Positions 1 to 14,040 of a stretch of 64,000 nt of DNA are shown here, piece after piece (the stretch's first letter is position 1; each line of letters starts with the position of its first letter). Origin of the DNA: Octopus bimaculoides. Taxonomy: Eukaryota. The stretch lies in the NCBI RefSeq assembly GCF_001194135.2, contig NC_068985.1, positions 69,304,085 to 69,368,084 on the forward strand, read 5' to 3'. A program made the position numbers and the translations under genes. The notes under the pieces were generated by a model. The model had not been told where the DNA came from, did no database searches, and saw only the letters and a list, made by a program, of their open reading frames with translations.

Positions 1-716
1 GAGCTCTGTTTCCAGTATTGATCTAACTCGTCTATAGTATTCTTTCTTTATTTTGTCCTTAATTTGTGTGTGTTATATCCTATCTAGTTCATTGATTCCT
101 AAATATTTGTATGTCTGGCTTTCGTCTAATTCTCTTATTTCATTGGCTTTATCTAGTGTGATGTTGCTACTCGTAACTAGTTTTCCTTTTTTTCAAGGTT
201 GCTTTGGCACATTTTTGTAATCCAAATTTCATATCTATTTCTTTGGTAAATCCATGTACTGTCTGTAATAGTGCTTTCAGCTGTTAATCATGTGTGTGTA
301 TAGTTTTAGATCATCCGTATATAAAAGGTGGCTGATTGTTTTCCCATAACATTTATATCCGCATCCAGTTCTATTTAGCATATCAGATAAAGGTGTCAGT
401 GCCAAGCAGAACATGAGTGGGGATGGCTTTGGTTTTCACGAGTCCCTCTTTTGTTTGGAGCTGTCTGACATTTATTCATAGATTGTCATATGCATTTTAT
501 AATTACTGGTGCTACCTTGTTTATGGCTAGTGTTTCGATGATCCACGTGTGGGGAACAATATCAAAAGCCTTTTGGTAGTCGATCCAGGCCATACTGAGG
601 CCTTTTGGTTCTCTGCGGCTCTCGTCAGTTATGGCTTTATTGATCATTAACTAATATTTACAGCCGTATGAGCCATTCCAGCATCCCTTCTGCTCTTCTG
701 GAAATAGGTTGTTTAG
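1..716 (-). mobile_element. R4/Dong-type non-LTR retrotransposon, RT fragment (degenerate)
   Basis: Minus-strand translation gives NNLFPEEQKGCWNGSYGC, LSMAWIDYQKAFDIVPHTWI, ISHLLYTDDLKL (YxDD) and KFGLQKCAKAT...YKYLGINE...KEYYRRVRSILETEL, with stops and frameshifts. Confidence 0.85.
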
Positions 717-721
717 TATTA

Positions 722-782
<61 letters not shown>

Positions 783-790
783 TATTGTTA
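717..790. repeat. (TTA)n/(AAT)n microsatellite
   Basis: Direct sequence; explains ORFs 658..849 and 668..877. Confidence 0.95.
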
Positions 791-899
791 CTATTTTTAT
801 TATTCAGTAGTCTTATTTTATCACTTGTTTTCACTGCATTATCGAGCACAGCTACCTGTTACCTGGTTATGTTATAACATAAGCCGCTGCCGCCGTGGC

Positions 900-1757
900 C
901 ACGAAGGAAGTCGGGTAATCCCTTAAACTCATCCAAACAGGAGTATCACAATCTAGACAAAGCCTTTGGATAGATAATATCCAGAAAAAATAGAAAACAT
1001 GCTCTATCAGTCCTTAACGAAACTAGCAGACAATCAAAGCTATTAAGTAAAAAGAAGAGAACAAATATACTGTGTAAATATAAAATTACAGAACAAGGTA
1101 TACTTGAGTTAAAAGAGCAGCTAAAGCAAGATATTTTCATCAAAGTACAAAGAATCTGCTGGTGTCAGAAACGCCATCGTTTCATTGCACAAATCAAACA
1201 ATTCAATTCCAAACCCAGAAGTTTCTACCAAGAACTTGACAAAAATAAAATAGACATCAATGCACCACTAACAGCAGAAAAGGGGGAAAAGTTTGTAAAA
1301 TAAATATGTTCGGCGAAGGAACAACCTCAAAAAGCTGTAGCGAATCAACGGACTCCGCCCCTGAACAACTCCGGACCCCTATAACAACAGAAGAGGTCAC
1401 TCAGGAACTGCAAAATCTAAGCAACTGGAAGGTCCTCGGACACGATAAGATCCCCAACTTCTGGTTAAGATGTCTGATAGGAACACATAAAAAGCTGGTT
1501 GAAAAATTTCATGGCATACTAGCAGTGCCAGAGAAAATGCCTGAATAGCTCACGGAAGGGAAAACTAGTTTCTTTCCTAAATCCACTGAAACGGCAAACC
1601 CCCAAAATTACAGACCAATAACTTGTCGCCCTACAATTTAGAAAGCCTTTACTACAATAATATCGCGGAGAATGAGCAAGCATCTGGAAGAAAACGTCCT
1701 ATATCAAGAAGAGCAGAAGGAATGCTGCAACGGTTCATACGGCTGTAAAGATCAACT
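900..1757 (+). mobile_element. R4/Dong-type LINE fragment (pre-RT region to RT domains 1-2)
   Basis: KEQLKQDIFIKVQRI...KPRSFYQELD; LSNWKVLGHDKIPNFWL; PKSTETANPQNYRPITC; EEQKECCNGSYGCKDQL; interrupted by stops. Confidence 0.85.
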
Positions 1758-2239
1758 CAGTTTACTTTTGCAGGTAAAATATTTATTTCTAAACATTAGC
1801 AATTTTAAAGTATATTAAACGATACTCATGGGAAATGAAGATTAAGTTATTCTCTGCTTATTCGTTGTTTTTAGCGGTGTAGGTGATACTTGTCATGTAA
1901 CATACTTTTTCTGCGCTATGTCATTGTTTGGTGTACTTTTCTATGTAATTTCACGATAGTTAACTCACATATGTAAATAATTAAAGAGCTATTTTGTGCT
2001 ATGGTGTATCTTATCTGATTCATTTATAGATTTTGTGTACACTCGCAGTCATATTTCTTGCTGTTTTATTGGCATACTAAATATGACAATTTAGTTTTTT
2101 GGCACATTATACTCAATATTCTTTCATCTTGTTTATTATATCAATTCGAAGGTGGTTGGGTAAACATTTTAGGAAGAAATTTATCGCTGTTACTTGCAGG
2201 CACAGTGACAACGTGGAGATTTTCTAACAAGTGCTGCGT

Positions 2240-2860
2240 GATAGGGAAATGTACAGGTTTGATGATAATAAGGATTATATTTAAAATGAGGATATCAATG
2301 TCAAAAACACCGTTGTTGTTAAGGATGATGATTATCGTTATGAAATAATGATGTAAAATAATGGAAAAGAAAAATATAATCTGGAATATGATGATGGCGT
2401 TGCTGTTGTTGTTACTGGTTGTGCTTTTCAAGATAGAAAAAGCAACTATGGTACTATTCTTGCCATTGGTATGGTGAAATACTAATACTACTAATAATAA
2501 TAACAACAAAGACAACAACAACATCGACAACAAACATAAATAATAATAATTGAAATAATAAGATGGGGATGATGAGGATGATGATAACAATGTCAATGTT
2601 GATAATATTTATAATAGCAATAATTGCGGTGAGGAGGGAAAGGTAGATGTGAAGAAGGTGGGTCTTGTCACGTGAACGTTATTGCGATATGTGTAAGTTA
2701 TTTCACATGACTATGGCGATGTCGATGACACGCTGGTAACAAGGAACAGTGAAAAAAGCAGGTAGTGATATTGTGGAGATATGGATATTTGCGTTGCAGT
2801 TGTTATCGATCAAAATAACGTTAATGACGATTCTGACGATGATGATTCTGATGACAGCCA
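2240..2860. repeat. Degenerate trinucleotide low-complexity tract (GAT/AAC/TAA)
   Basis: Runs of gatgat, aacaac, taataa; explains ORFs 2058..2348 and 2141..2596. Confidence 0.65.
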
Positions 2861-3154
2861 ATCATGACAAAACGTATGTAAGGGGGAAAAAAAACTGAAG
2901 TGCAAAAAAGGAAAAATAAACACCAGATGGCTCTTAAACACATACGCTGCAATTACATGATATAGATTGTATCGTAGTAAAACCAATTATGGTTGTTACT
3001 TTGTTCCTCCCAGTAAGGAAGCTCATTTCAATCACAACTAGGGTAATTTTGAAAAAGAGGATGTGCTCGATCACCACCTCTCTCTTTCCGTCGACTTTCT
3101 CTTAATGCACACTTAAATAAAAAAACATACATAGTCATGTAAATAGATACACAC

Positions 3155-3300
3155 ATGCATATATATGTGTATGTATGTATGTATGAGTGTATGTATGAGT
3201 GTATGTATGTATGTATATGTGTATAGATGTTTGTGTATATGTGTGTATATACATATATGTGTGTATATATGTATGTATATATAATATATGCATGTATGTT

Positions 3301-3384
<84 letters not shown>

Positions 3385-3400
3385 CATGCATATATGCACA
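3155..3400. repeat. Compound (TATG)n/(TA)n microsatellite
   Basis: Direct sequence; source of the YIYI ORFs. Confidence 0.95.
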
Positions 3401-5089
3401 TGATTTTGCATGCATCAATAGCAACGCCAAGAGACACACCTCCCATATACATCATGATAGATACATCTAATGATGCAAAAGAAAAGTACTTTGATTGTGG
3501 CAGAAACAATTTTGAGCACATAACCATTTATATCTTGTTTTTATTTTTTATGTTTCTTTGTATCTGCCTATATTTTACTCCATTCAATTGAATGCTTGTT
3601 TAGTAGAGATTGTTGCCTATAAACCAAAACCCATGTGAATTTCCAGATGAGTGGCCAGCATTATCTGATTCAGTGCTCTGAATACTGCGATGCTGATAGA
3701 GATTTCCGCAAAATGACATTATTTTTCAAATAGTACAAAGCAAATTTTCAGTTGTCTATAAAATGTATGTTGTATGAGTATATTAGGCTACCCTGCACAA
3801 TTATTTGCATCAGATGTCTGTTGCTCATCTATATTCACTGAAACACTTAGACACAATGTGACTCGTGTTCTTCCCATCTACTCATCAACCAGTTTGGCCA
3901 AAACAATAATCTGTTTTCTGCACGACAACGAGAGTCGGTTGTAATCTGTGTTTAGTTAAAGAGTTACTCAGTGTAATGGGTGGCTATACATCTCAAAATG
4001 TATTTTTAGGTGAAAAACCTCCTACATTAATCATCAGATATTTTGTTGATATGAGCAGTTTTGTTCCATGTTTCACTACTTGTAAATAGTCGCTTCGGTA
4101 TTGCTTTAGTTTGATACTGACGGATATTGTTACTACTGTCAAGTATGCTCATGTATAAGACTTTGTGCTCTACCTGGAGTAATGATCAGATTCATTATTT
4201 CATTCCAAAGATCATCGCTAGAATACGCGAATGATCATCATAATCATGTTCACTGCTACTCTGAGGAGTTACATAGCTTTTGCTTCTATGCATGCACTTT
4301 CAGTTACTTCATCTCCACAACTTCAGTGAATACGACCTCAGTGAATTCGACATGACAAGTCCATTGCATCTCCTATTCATTTCTGATGGATGACTGAAAT
4401 TTTAATGACATCACACGAATGAAGAATGACAAATTACAATATAATTTATCACTGGTGTACATTAAGTGTTACTAACAAAGTATATGATGAAGGCCTTTAT
4501 ATCTAGAAAAAAAAATTAATCTTCCGATAAAACTTTCTATAAAGTCATACTCAACGAAGCTTCTAGAATGTGAATTGTGACGTATTGAAAATGTGTTTAA
4601 ATAAGTACATACACATATAAAAAGGTACTCACAAACACGCGTATATATATGTATCTATTTATTTTCTCTCCCACTGCTCCTCAGAGAGTTTTGGGAATTC
4701 TACCCGTTAACTCCTCCATAGTGACTTATTAGAAGCACTAAATCTCATCAAAAGTTTTAGGGTGAGTAATCGGTCCCAAACGTAAAAATGATGTTCATCT
4801 TCATTTGAAAATGACCGGGATATTTTGATAGGATGGCGTATGGAATTTGAGCCCCGTAATCTAGTAATCAGAAAAACCGAAGGTGTAATTGGCGTATTTT
4901 AAGAATTATCTTTTATATAACTTATGCACATAAAAGAAGCACCCATATTGAATTTTTCCTGCAAATCACTTCGCGCAACAGCGCCAATTTTCTCGCTGTG
5001 CAGTGTTTGGCATCGGTAAAAGCAGAGATATTATGTAAAGTTTAAAACACCAATTATATTTTCTACTTTCATATTATTATATACACAGG

Positions 5090-5365
5090 NNNNNNNNNNN
5101 NNNNNNNNNNNNNNNNNNNNNNNNNNNNNNNNNNNNNNNNNNNNNNNNNNNNNNNNNNNNNNNNNNNNNNNNNNNNNNNNNNNNNNNNNNNNNNNNNNNN
5201 NNNNNNNNNNNNNNNNNNNNNNNNNNNNNNNNNNNNNNNNNNNNNNNNNNNNNNNNNNNNNNNNNNNNNNNNNNNNNNNNNNNNNNNNNNNNNNNNNNNN
5301 NNNNNNNNNNNNNNNNNNNNNNNNNNNNNNNNNNNNNNNNNNNNNNNNNNNNNNNNNNNNNNNNN
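5090..5365. other. Assembly gap (N run) abutting (GT)n
   Basis: N characters. Confidence 1.
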
Positions 5366-5396
<31 letters not shown>

Positions 5397-5499
5397 TATA
5401 CATACATACGCATACATAAAATATGTATATATAAAGATGTGCATTTATCTATGTATAATTTTAATAACAGTTCAACGCAGCTGCATACAAAAAGTTTCA

Positions 5500-7000
5500 T
5501 ATGCTCGGAGGCCAAACGTGTCTCATCAAATAAATAGCTATGACTAAAGTGAGTGGCACCAAATTCTAGATGACTTCCAAATGAAAGTTCTGTAATTATC
5601 AAAGCAGGTCACGTGGGGTTATTAATCGGAAATCAACATCAGTTCCTTTCTTTTTTCTTAGGTCCAGAATATTACACCTCTTTAGTTTTTCCTGATGCAT
5701 TTCTTCATTTTACAAGATTGGCGCTGATGTGATATGGGTAGTCATAGATGTTCCTATGAAATGAGACGAGTTAGAAATGAGCCCTATTTTCAAGATACAA
5801 TCCCATTAGTATTGAGAGAGTGGAGTTTAAATGTTGAATGTATCTTTTAGCAGCAGATATTCGTGTAATTGTTTTAAGCAATGGTTCGTATAGCTCCTGA
5901 AAAGTTGGCACACCTAAGTCCAGTCATGAGCTATACGTCCTATATGCAGTAATAGAAATGGTATTGCATAAGTGAATGGAGGTTGAGCGTTGTAGACGCA
6001 ACAGTTTCTATATATTCCTGAGTTGAATAATATGCCCATATCTCATTGTAATTACTTGCAGCATTCTGATCTTTACATCTTTGCTGTTGAGGCAAGAATT
6101 AACACATCACCCACTTTTATATCCCTTGATTTAACATTGTCGTCAATCAATTAGGAAAATAATAAACAGTACACGGTTGAGCCAGCTGCTTTGCACAGTT
6201 TCTAATTTTAAAGAGAAGTCTGCGGTGCTCTTCAACACAGAAATTTCTACTTACATTGTGGAAAACGTCTCACGTGAGGCAATACAAGGCATCGTCTTTA
6301 TATTTTGGCACGTAATCCTACTGAATCTTCTATGTAACGAATATCAACTAGAATATGTTCCTGTGCATGCGAACGCTGCGTTATAGAAAAATAGTACATT
6401 ACTGCATAGTGTTTTCTATTAGAGTGAACAAGTTTCTTAAAGATGAACAGGGTCTCATTCTTCCCAATAATCGACAGAAATACCATTAAACCAGTCAACA
6501 ACTTTTCCTATTTTGTTAAACATATGTTGATGGTTGAACTACTAATTTTAGCAAACATTTCTGGCTTGTAAATATATCAAATGACTGAAAATTTGCAAAC
6601 ATTATTCAATGAGTGTTAATGAATCATCTGAATTCCGTTGGTTTATGTATCTCGCTAAATAGTCCACTATTGCTGACTGGCCTTCCAGTCAAGGTGTGCT
6701 CTGTTATAATTTAGGACTTACCTTAGGAAAATTCTCAAGGTCATAAAGTACGTTATTTCAATACCTGACTAAGAAAGTTATATATTCTTTGATCATTTGA
6801 AATCCACTATTCCTTTTTCAGTGTACGCCTCATTGAGGAAATGCCCACTGATTCATTGTAGACGTTTCTGGTGATGGATATTCCAGGAGATACTTTGTCC
6901 TTCGCTTCATATTCAGAGAGCTTATGTTTCTTCAGTAGTTCTATGTAAACTAATCATGATATCTTTCGCCTTGTATCCTTTCAAATAAAATAAAATATTC
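5500..7000 (-). mobile_element. Possible highly decayed Gypsy-type pol remnant
   Basis: Only scattered motif echoes on minus (HHQKRLQ, ITFL, IVDYLARYI, EDSVGLRAKI, DIKVGDVLI); no continuous frame. Confidence 0.25.
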
Positions 7001-7591
7001 TAGTTCAATTCTTCATGAAACGATTGCGCTTTTTGAACTTTCTGTTTCATAGCTTCATTATAGTAAACCTTTAGAAACATCATGACTGTCGAATTGTAAT
7101 TGTGCCTTTTGGTATTTAGCGTTCTTCCGCCTATAAATTGTACACTTACAAATCTTATATTTGTGTTTATATGAGTTGGTGCAACACTCAGCTATTCTTC
7201 AGGCTAGCAATTGTTTATAACTGAATCTAAGATATGTATTCGAATCATTTGGTCACCAAGTTTCACATTTCACAGCAGCATTTCCAGTTCATTCATTTCA
7301 TGTTTTTATTTTATTTCTCCATATATTTACTTGTGGAAAAACATGTATGTCTTTGGTATTATAGTCACGGCTTTAACGAATATCATATAGAAATTGATTT
7401 CCGGGTGGTAGAGTACATGCATGGTTTTCAAGTAATATGTTATACTGCTTTCTGCAATGGGACTAGGATGATACTTCTATTGCTCAGTAATTTTGAAAGT
7501 TATCTCAGTGAAGCAAAAATAAATTTTACCCAAAACAAAGCTCTTAACTTGTAAGTTCCAAGTGACATTTCCTGAAGGAGAATAAATTTTC

Positions 7592-7658
<67 letters not shown>

Positions 7659-7679
7659 ATACACACACACACACACACA
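7592..7679. repeat. Compound (CA)n(TA)n(CA)n microsatellite
   Basis: Direct sequence. Confidence 0.95.
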
Positions 7680-9300
7680 ATCCCAACGTATAGAGGCTTT
7701 AGTATCTAGTGTCTAGTGTCAGACATTCATGATGGTACGATCTGGTAGTTTACTTGCTACTATAAATCAGGTTGCCCATATTCTGCATGAATCTTCGTTG
7801 CCATACCTTTGCTATAAGTAATATTTTGGTAAGTCCGGCTTCTTTTCAAAGAATTGTGAAAAGTCGTGATGCTGAAGATACAATTTTAAAACCGTCTCTA
7901 GCCAAGTAGATTTGAATGGCCAACAGATAAATAACATTCTGCGTGTAAGAACGTTTCATATGACAGTGGCCATAGTGGAGAAACAAACCCCAAAACAGAT
8001 GTATATAAGATAGCGGGGCACCGCATAAATCATACAGGCTAAAATAAGCAGTGGTTAAAAAAGAAACAACATTCTTAATAACATTGGATTCATGAACTTA
8101 ATTTAAAGATCAGCACAAGATGATGGTACCCGAACGAGCATAGTGGAAGAATTAACAGAATATACAACGGAGAATTAAATAAGCTGAAGACTGCTAGAAT
8201 GAGATTTTATTGAAAGTGATTCAATAAGAAAAATAAGACAGAATCGAACCTCTTATCTCTAGGATTTACACGGGTGAGAGAATGATCATAAGCGATAGGT
8301 GTTTAAAAGATTATTAAAATGTATAACCATTAAATAAATAAATGTTTAAACGGATGGCCTATTATATAATTAACAAATTAAATAGAAACAAATTATCTAA
8401 TATAGTAAATAGATTAAGTAAATAGATTGTTGAGTAATTTTTGGCATAATTAAATATTTAAAGAGTTGCTTCATGAATACTAAATTTTCAATAAATGATA
8501 CAGGGTACGTAGGGGATATATGAAGCCAATATGCTATATGGTAGGGATATTCTAAGGATACATGCAGCACAGATGGGAGTGGTGTCATCGTGGTTAATGT
8601 GGTATTATTCTGTGGTGTTGCATGATGTAACTGTATACGGAATGTAACACGGAACACAATTATGGTTTTCTAGTTGTGAATAATTCTCAGCTTGTAACTG
8701 TTGGAGCCTCCGGTTTTACCATATTCAAATATCTTAAATAAAAGCTCAGAATCCCAAACAGATTTATTGATATTAATTAGAGGCAGGCTAATACGATGTC
8801 GCAAAAGCAAACCCAGTAGAATCTTCGCGCAGAATATTCATAGAATGTTGCTATGCGGGATAGACATCCTTTTGTGCGTAAGAGAGGTTCAATGGCTCAA
8901 CAAAACATGCATCAGGTACAAGTTTGTTATGCACACATACCACACATATATATATATATATATATATAAAGCGAGAGAGGGAGAAACGATGAGAGATGTG
9001 TGTGTGTGTGCGTGTGTGTGTGTGTATGAGTGTGTTAGGGAATGTGTATGAATGTGTGTATACAAACACATTTCTGTATGTCGGAGATTTATTATTATTA
9101 ATAGTACGTAAACTATTATCAATAATGAATGACGTTCGTTAGTTGTTGTCGACGATGGCGAAGGAAATCACTTGGGAGAAAAGGACAGGTCATGAAGTGT
9201 CCGGCTGTGGCTGATCAGTCATTTTTTTTCTTAAGAGGACACTGACGCAGATCAGGCATTATCGGTCTACAGAAACTGAGAAAATGGAGTTGGACTTACA

Positions 9301-9365
9301 CAAGGGCCTAGTGGCCAAAGTGTTGCGCTCAAAATCGTGAGATCGCGCGTTCAGTTCCCGTCCCG
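9301..9365 (+). mobile_element. tRNA-derived SINE head fragment
   Basis: A-box-like GCCTAGTGGCCAAAG and B-box-like GTTCAGTTCCC at tRNA spacing. Confidence 0.55.
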
Positions 9366-9543
9366 GTTGATGTGATGTGTCCAAAGCAAACCCTTCAACT
9401 GAAGTTCCACTATGATTGCTGTCGGAATGGGATAAATTAAACAACCTGAATCAATTTGCTATGAAAGTAGGTAGTATTTTTAACTTATATTTTTATCCAA
9501 TTCTTAGTGCAAGTTTTGAAAAGTGCAGTGCAAGTTTTGAAAA

Positions 9544-9862
9544 ATGACAAAGGAGGATATTCGGCATATTTTACTTTATGAGTTCAATGAAGGCAACAAC
9601 GCAACGGAAAGTGCGAGGAATATTAATGCAGTATATGGGGATAGGACAATAAGCGTAAGCCAATGTCAACTGTGGTTCCAAAAATTCAGAGCCGGAAACT
9701 ACAGCCTAGAAGACAACCCACGCCCTGGAAGATCTGTAGAGCTCGACAAGGACGTCCTGCAAACCCGGTAGAACAAATTCCTATCGTAAATTTTGAGGAA
9801 TAGCAAAGAAGCTTAGATTTGGTCATTCAACCGTTCATCGACACTTGCATGCCATCGGAAAA
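9544..9862 (+). mobile_element. Mariner transposase N-terminal (HTH) fragment
   Basis: MTKEDIRHILLYEFNEGNNATESARNINAVYGDRTISVSQCQLWFQKFRAGNYSLEDNPRPGRS...STVHRHLHAIGK; truncated by a SINE. Confidence 0.9.
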
Positions 9863-9920
9863 CGCAGTGGGACCGAACCCGAACGATGTCGTTAATAAGC
9901 AAGTTTCTTAACACACAGCC
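9863..9920 (-). mobile_element. tRNA-derived SINE head fragment
   Basis: Reverse complement GGCTGTGTGTTAAGAAACTTGCT...GGGTTCGGTCCCACTGCG (A/B-box layout). Confidence 0.75.
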
Positions 9921-10089
9921 ACTCCTACAACATTTTTTACAGATTCTTCTTCATTGTTCATCATGCCATTACAATTCTTACTTATTTGACCTTGTTCTTC
10001 TGTCTTTCTCTCTCACACCCTTCCTCAAACACCCACGCCACCCCCTCTCTCTCCCACTCTCCTGCTGCATTTGAGTGGTCTGTCAACTT

Positions 10090-10315
10090 CCTCAAACATT
10101 TAAAAGCACACTATTCAAAGTGGCAATCTTTTATTGTCCAACGTCACCATATTCTTGCTAGAAAACCATAAATTGAGGCTTATAGTCTTTGGCATATAGT
10201 CTGTTCCTTTTCACAGTTTCCTCAACGCTTTGAAGTAGGTATTGACGTTTGCGTTAGCATTGGATTAAAGAGCTATATCATCTCCATAGTCTGCATATGT
10301 GATTCCATACGAATA
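10090..10315 (-). mobile_element. RTE-clade LINE RT fragment
   Basis: ITYADYGDDIAL*SN...QYLLQSVEETVK, a degenerate 'DADYADDIALL...AQ.LL..VE' motif. Confidence 0.7.
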
Positions 10316-10337
10316 ACAGAGTTTGTTTTATCAAGGA

Positions 10338-10451
<114 letters not shown>

Positions 10452-12575
10452 AAAGATCTACAAGGTGTTAAATTTGCTTGTAAATTAAACAATCTCGAGA
10501 TTGGTCTCCAAAGAAAGTTATTTATCATCAGTTCTGCAGAAACCTAGCCAATCAATTTTGAAAGGCTTTTCGGCAATGATTTCTATGCATTTAAATTGAA
10601 GGGATTATTATGTAACGTGTCCTATTTTGCAGACAGTGGATTGTGCCGACTTCTCTACTTAACATGGGTAAATGACTACAAGATATTGGTACCGTTCACT
10701 TGATAAAAGTAAATGTTCTCATCACAATCTGTTATACCCCTACATTCACCCAGGTTGCAGGCGAGTAAAAGAATTAAGTTTCAATTTATGAGATGGATAG
10801 GTCTTCTATTTCATCATGCATTGTTTTTTTTATAACTGGACTCCTTTGTATCAATTGCTATTCAACTGTAAAATTATGAATATAACCTTTACGTGATCAG
10901 GTTCTTCAGCATTTTCCACCCAGATATTTTCACTCGGGGGACCAAGGTGAACCCGAGTCTATGGCAATAGGCACCTAATATATTACTATGTGGGTTTTAA
11001 CTAGACGTGATATTTGTGGACAATATATGATTTATTCTATAATAGTTTCATAGTTTGGTGTGTTAAACTTTTGAGAAATCTAAAAGCAATGATGGACATA
11101 GTAATATTTATGAATACGGACTTCCACGCTTGAACTTTTAATGACCAAAAAATAATCAAAATCTTGTGGAAGGGGATGAATGCTAAACATATTTTTAGAG
11201 CAAGGATGACAATACTCTGCTAAAAGGCGAGTTGTATTCTGACTGCTTTTCCATCATTCTTAGTCACACGAAAAGATCATGAGAATTAGAATGACTTAAT
11301 TTAAAACAAACATGTAAAAAATACAGTGCTTTTTAAATGCTTCCGCTAATCAAGTCAGATGAGTAACAAATGCCATTAAAATATAATTCAATAATACAAA
11401 AGCAAAAAAAATAATTATCAACGTATTACAGCATTAAAATTCTTTAGAATGCAGTTGCAGGTTGCTTTAATACAATATAATCATAAAGCAGGTCTCATTG
11501 ACTATTGATAATATATTAAAGGTAATTTGTAAAGGAAATGCTTGAAATACTAATGTGTGTCATATTCACCTGGATTATGACTTGATTTCGTGGAATATCC
11601 TGTGAACAAGTGAAACAGGAATCCAGTTGTGTATAAAATTCTGCACGACAATAATCTGATCAGAAGATTTCAAAGGCTTAAGAAGTTGCTAGACGGTGAA
11701 TTTGCTTGATATTCTGTGAAGGATAGACGTTGTTATTTAGTTTATTCCTGTCCTTATTGTTTTTTTTTTGTTGATAATGTTGTTTCGTCTTTTCTTTTAG
11801 CTATAACTGCAAATATAACCAAGTGAATTTTCTCGAGTGAGATAAAGACGCAGTTACAGCAAACAGAAATGTGTTATTTCATTTTACGTCATCAAAAATA
11901 CACACACATTAAACAAATACTAGTAAATTATTCAAATTCAACATATTGCTTGTGTGGTAGTTCTACCGTTATCGCACTAACATGTTGACACCATTTATAC
12001 AAACATTTAGCTAACTCGTTAATAGTTAAACAGAAAATACAAATATTAAACCCAGCCAGCGCTTATGTCATATTATAATGTCAGTCATATTCCAGGATAA
12101 GAAGACTTCAAAATTTGTTAGTCCAATTGTAAAATTTGTGCCACAGATTTGACATTGAATACTATAATTGGTTTCAAAAGCCTACTTTAGTTAATGAAAT
12201 GATCGAGTAGAATAATTTTCTTTCTTTTCGGTTCAGGTATATTGAGTGATTGAGAAGCAGTACTGGAAATATAACTAGAAGTTACAGTGTTATGATTCCA
12301 GTCACTACTGATTGTCCTACCTCAGTCAATTAGCTAATTAAAGATTTTATATATATCTCATAATCAACTGCCGGCAGCAGGACGTCATACAGGCTCAAAC
12401 AACAATTGTTTCAATACAAATACCTTCTATGCTTATGAGATGTGTATATATGCAGTCAATCTCTATATGAAATTGTAGCAATGTCACGCAATAGGTAAAT
12501 TTCAGAATGATCATGCAACATTCTACGAATGGAAAATGGAATATATATACATATATATACATATATATATACATA

Positions 12576-12628
12576 AAGGCGGTGCTCCAGCATGGCCGCA
12601 GTCAAATGACTGAAACAAGTAAAAGAGT
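12576..12628 (+). mobile_element. SINE 3' tail fragment
   Basis: AAGGCGGTGCTCCAGCATGGCCGCAGTCAAATGACTGAAACAAGTAAAAG; second copy at ~18883. Confidence 0.7.
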
Positions 12629-13229
12629 ATATATTCCGAATTTGTGTAAATGTGTATAGAATTTGTGCAAATTGAACTGATATATTATAAGTTGAATAAA
12701 GTTAAAACATCGTCTGGTTTTCATGTTTGTGGCATTTAAAACAAAATATAATTTTTTTTACAATGCTGATGTGTGTTAAACATTAAGACAAAAAATATTT
12801 TGTAATGTTCATAAAGTTCAATTTGTCCTTTGATACGTTCATAGTAATCATCAGATTACAAAATGTATTTAATGGACCGTTGAGGCATTGACAACAATAG
12901 GAAAATTAGTGACTTCTTCCTTTTTCTACCACTAAGAAGGTTCCAACAAGCCTACTTTTTGGAATATGGTTTTGACCAATCCACATGCAGCTTAAACGCC
13001 AGGGCTTGCCGGGTGTGCCGGGCGTGCCGATGAGACTGCCATGGATCCCAACTTTATTTTAACCAAATACTTTGCGGTTTACATGTAGTGGTTTTATGAG
13101 TTAGCAAACTTACTTGGTTTCGATCGTCTTTATTTCAATTGGTGGGAGTCTTCTGTAATTTGTTTATATCTTAGCGATATTTTTTCATCCACATCATTAA
13201 CTGTTTATGATAGTATTGTTATTTCCATT

Positions 13230-14040
13230 CAGAACAGGTTGGATCTCTTTAAGAAACGGTTTTTCTTTGATCATTCTTCCTGCTTCAGTGTCATATAGTT
13301 TTTAGAAAGGAAAAATTAGAATCATTTTCCGACCACGTTTCTATTAGTTCACTCAATGGAATTTGGCGAACCGGATTTCTTGTCTGTGGTCTCGTGAGCG
13401 TTCCGATAATGCATTCCCTGTCTCACAAATATAAAACTCCTTGCAATTTGAACATTTAATGCAGTAGATCAATTTCTACTTTGCAGTTCATAAGTGCCTT
13501 TGCGAAAATCTGTCCTTATTTTGTTCTAATGTATTTACCACTATGCATGTATTGACACGTTCCACATATGTTACACTTGGTTACCGTGAATGTTTTATCC
13601 TGTTTGTTCATGTTTAATGTTGCCTTTGTTAATAGTTTCTTTAGGTTATGTGGTTGCCTTTTACTTAAGATAAGTATTTGATTAGTTATTATGTTTTATT
13701 TTTTATTTTTCACTTTGTTCCATAATTTGCAAATTTGATTTGATGATGTTCAGAATGCTTTGGGGGTGCGGATTTTGTGTTACTAAATGGCATTGTGTAC
13801 TGTTGATGGGTTCGTCAATCTCATTTTGCCCTAAGTTGTTCCATAAGTTTTTTTTTTTTTTGCTCGTTATATACTTACGAGAGGGTAAGTTTGCTTGAAC
13901 AGAAATACTTTGAGTTATATAAGTCTTATGTTCCTGGTGTTTGGATCATATACTTTAGTACCAATTTTCCTGGCTAGAAAATACAGAATTTTGCGTTTTG
14001 TGGCACGATAATAAATGTAATTACTGGTGTGTATCTGTGT
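13230..14040 (-). mobile_element. Penelope-like element A (RT C-terminus + GIY-YIG endonuclease), degenerate
   Basis: TDTHQ*LH.LSCH; KRQPHNLKKLLTKA; KCNICGTCQYM; LIYCIKCSNCKEFYICETGNALSER. Confidence 0.85.

Noticed and set aside
2200-2257. Possible 57-nt exon (GTVTTWRFSNKCCVIGKCT)
   Set aside because: Weak donor (GTTTGA), no protein match, low-complexity surroundings
3028-3591. Several 100-130 aa ORFs rich in YIYI/HTHT
   Set aside because: Translations of (TA)n/(CA)n microsatellites
3600-4400. Possible piggyBac or PLE remnant (e.g. IIVLAKLVDE, GCNLCLVKE)
   Set aside because: Motifs too short and scattered over different frames and strands to support a call
9505-9545. Tandem AGTGCAAGTTTTGAAAA duplication before the mariner ATG
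   Set aside because: Ordinary slippage duplication in a dead element
10626-10670. Possible micro-exon between TTTTGCAG and GTAAAT
   Set aside because: Such signals are common by chance in AT-rich DNA; the peptide is unrecognisable
13085-13165. Hammerhead-like GAAAC on the minus strand downstream of PLE A
   Set aside because: CUGANGA core and stems cannot be convincingly reconstructed
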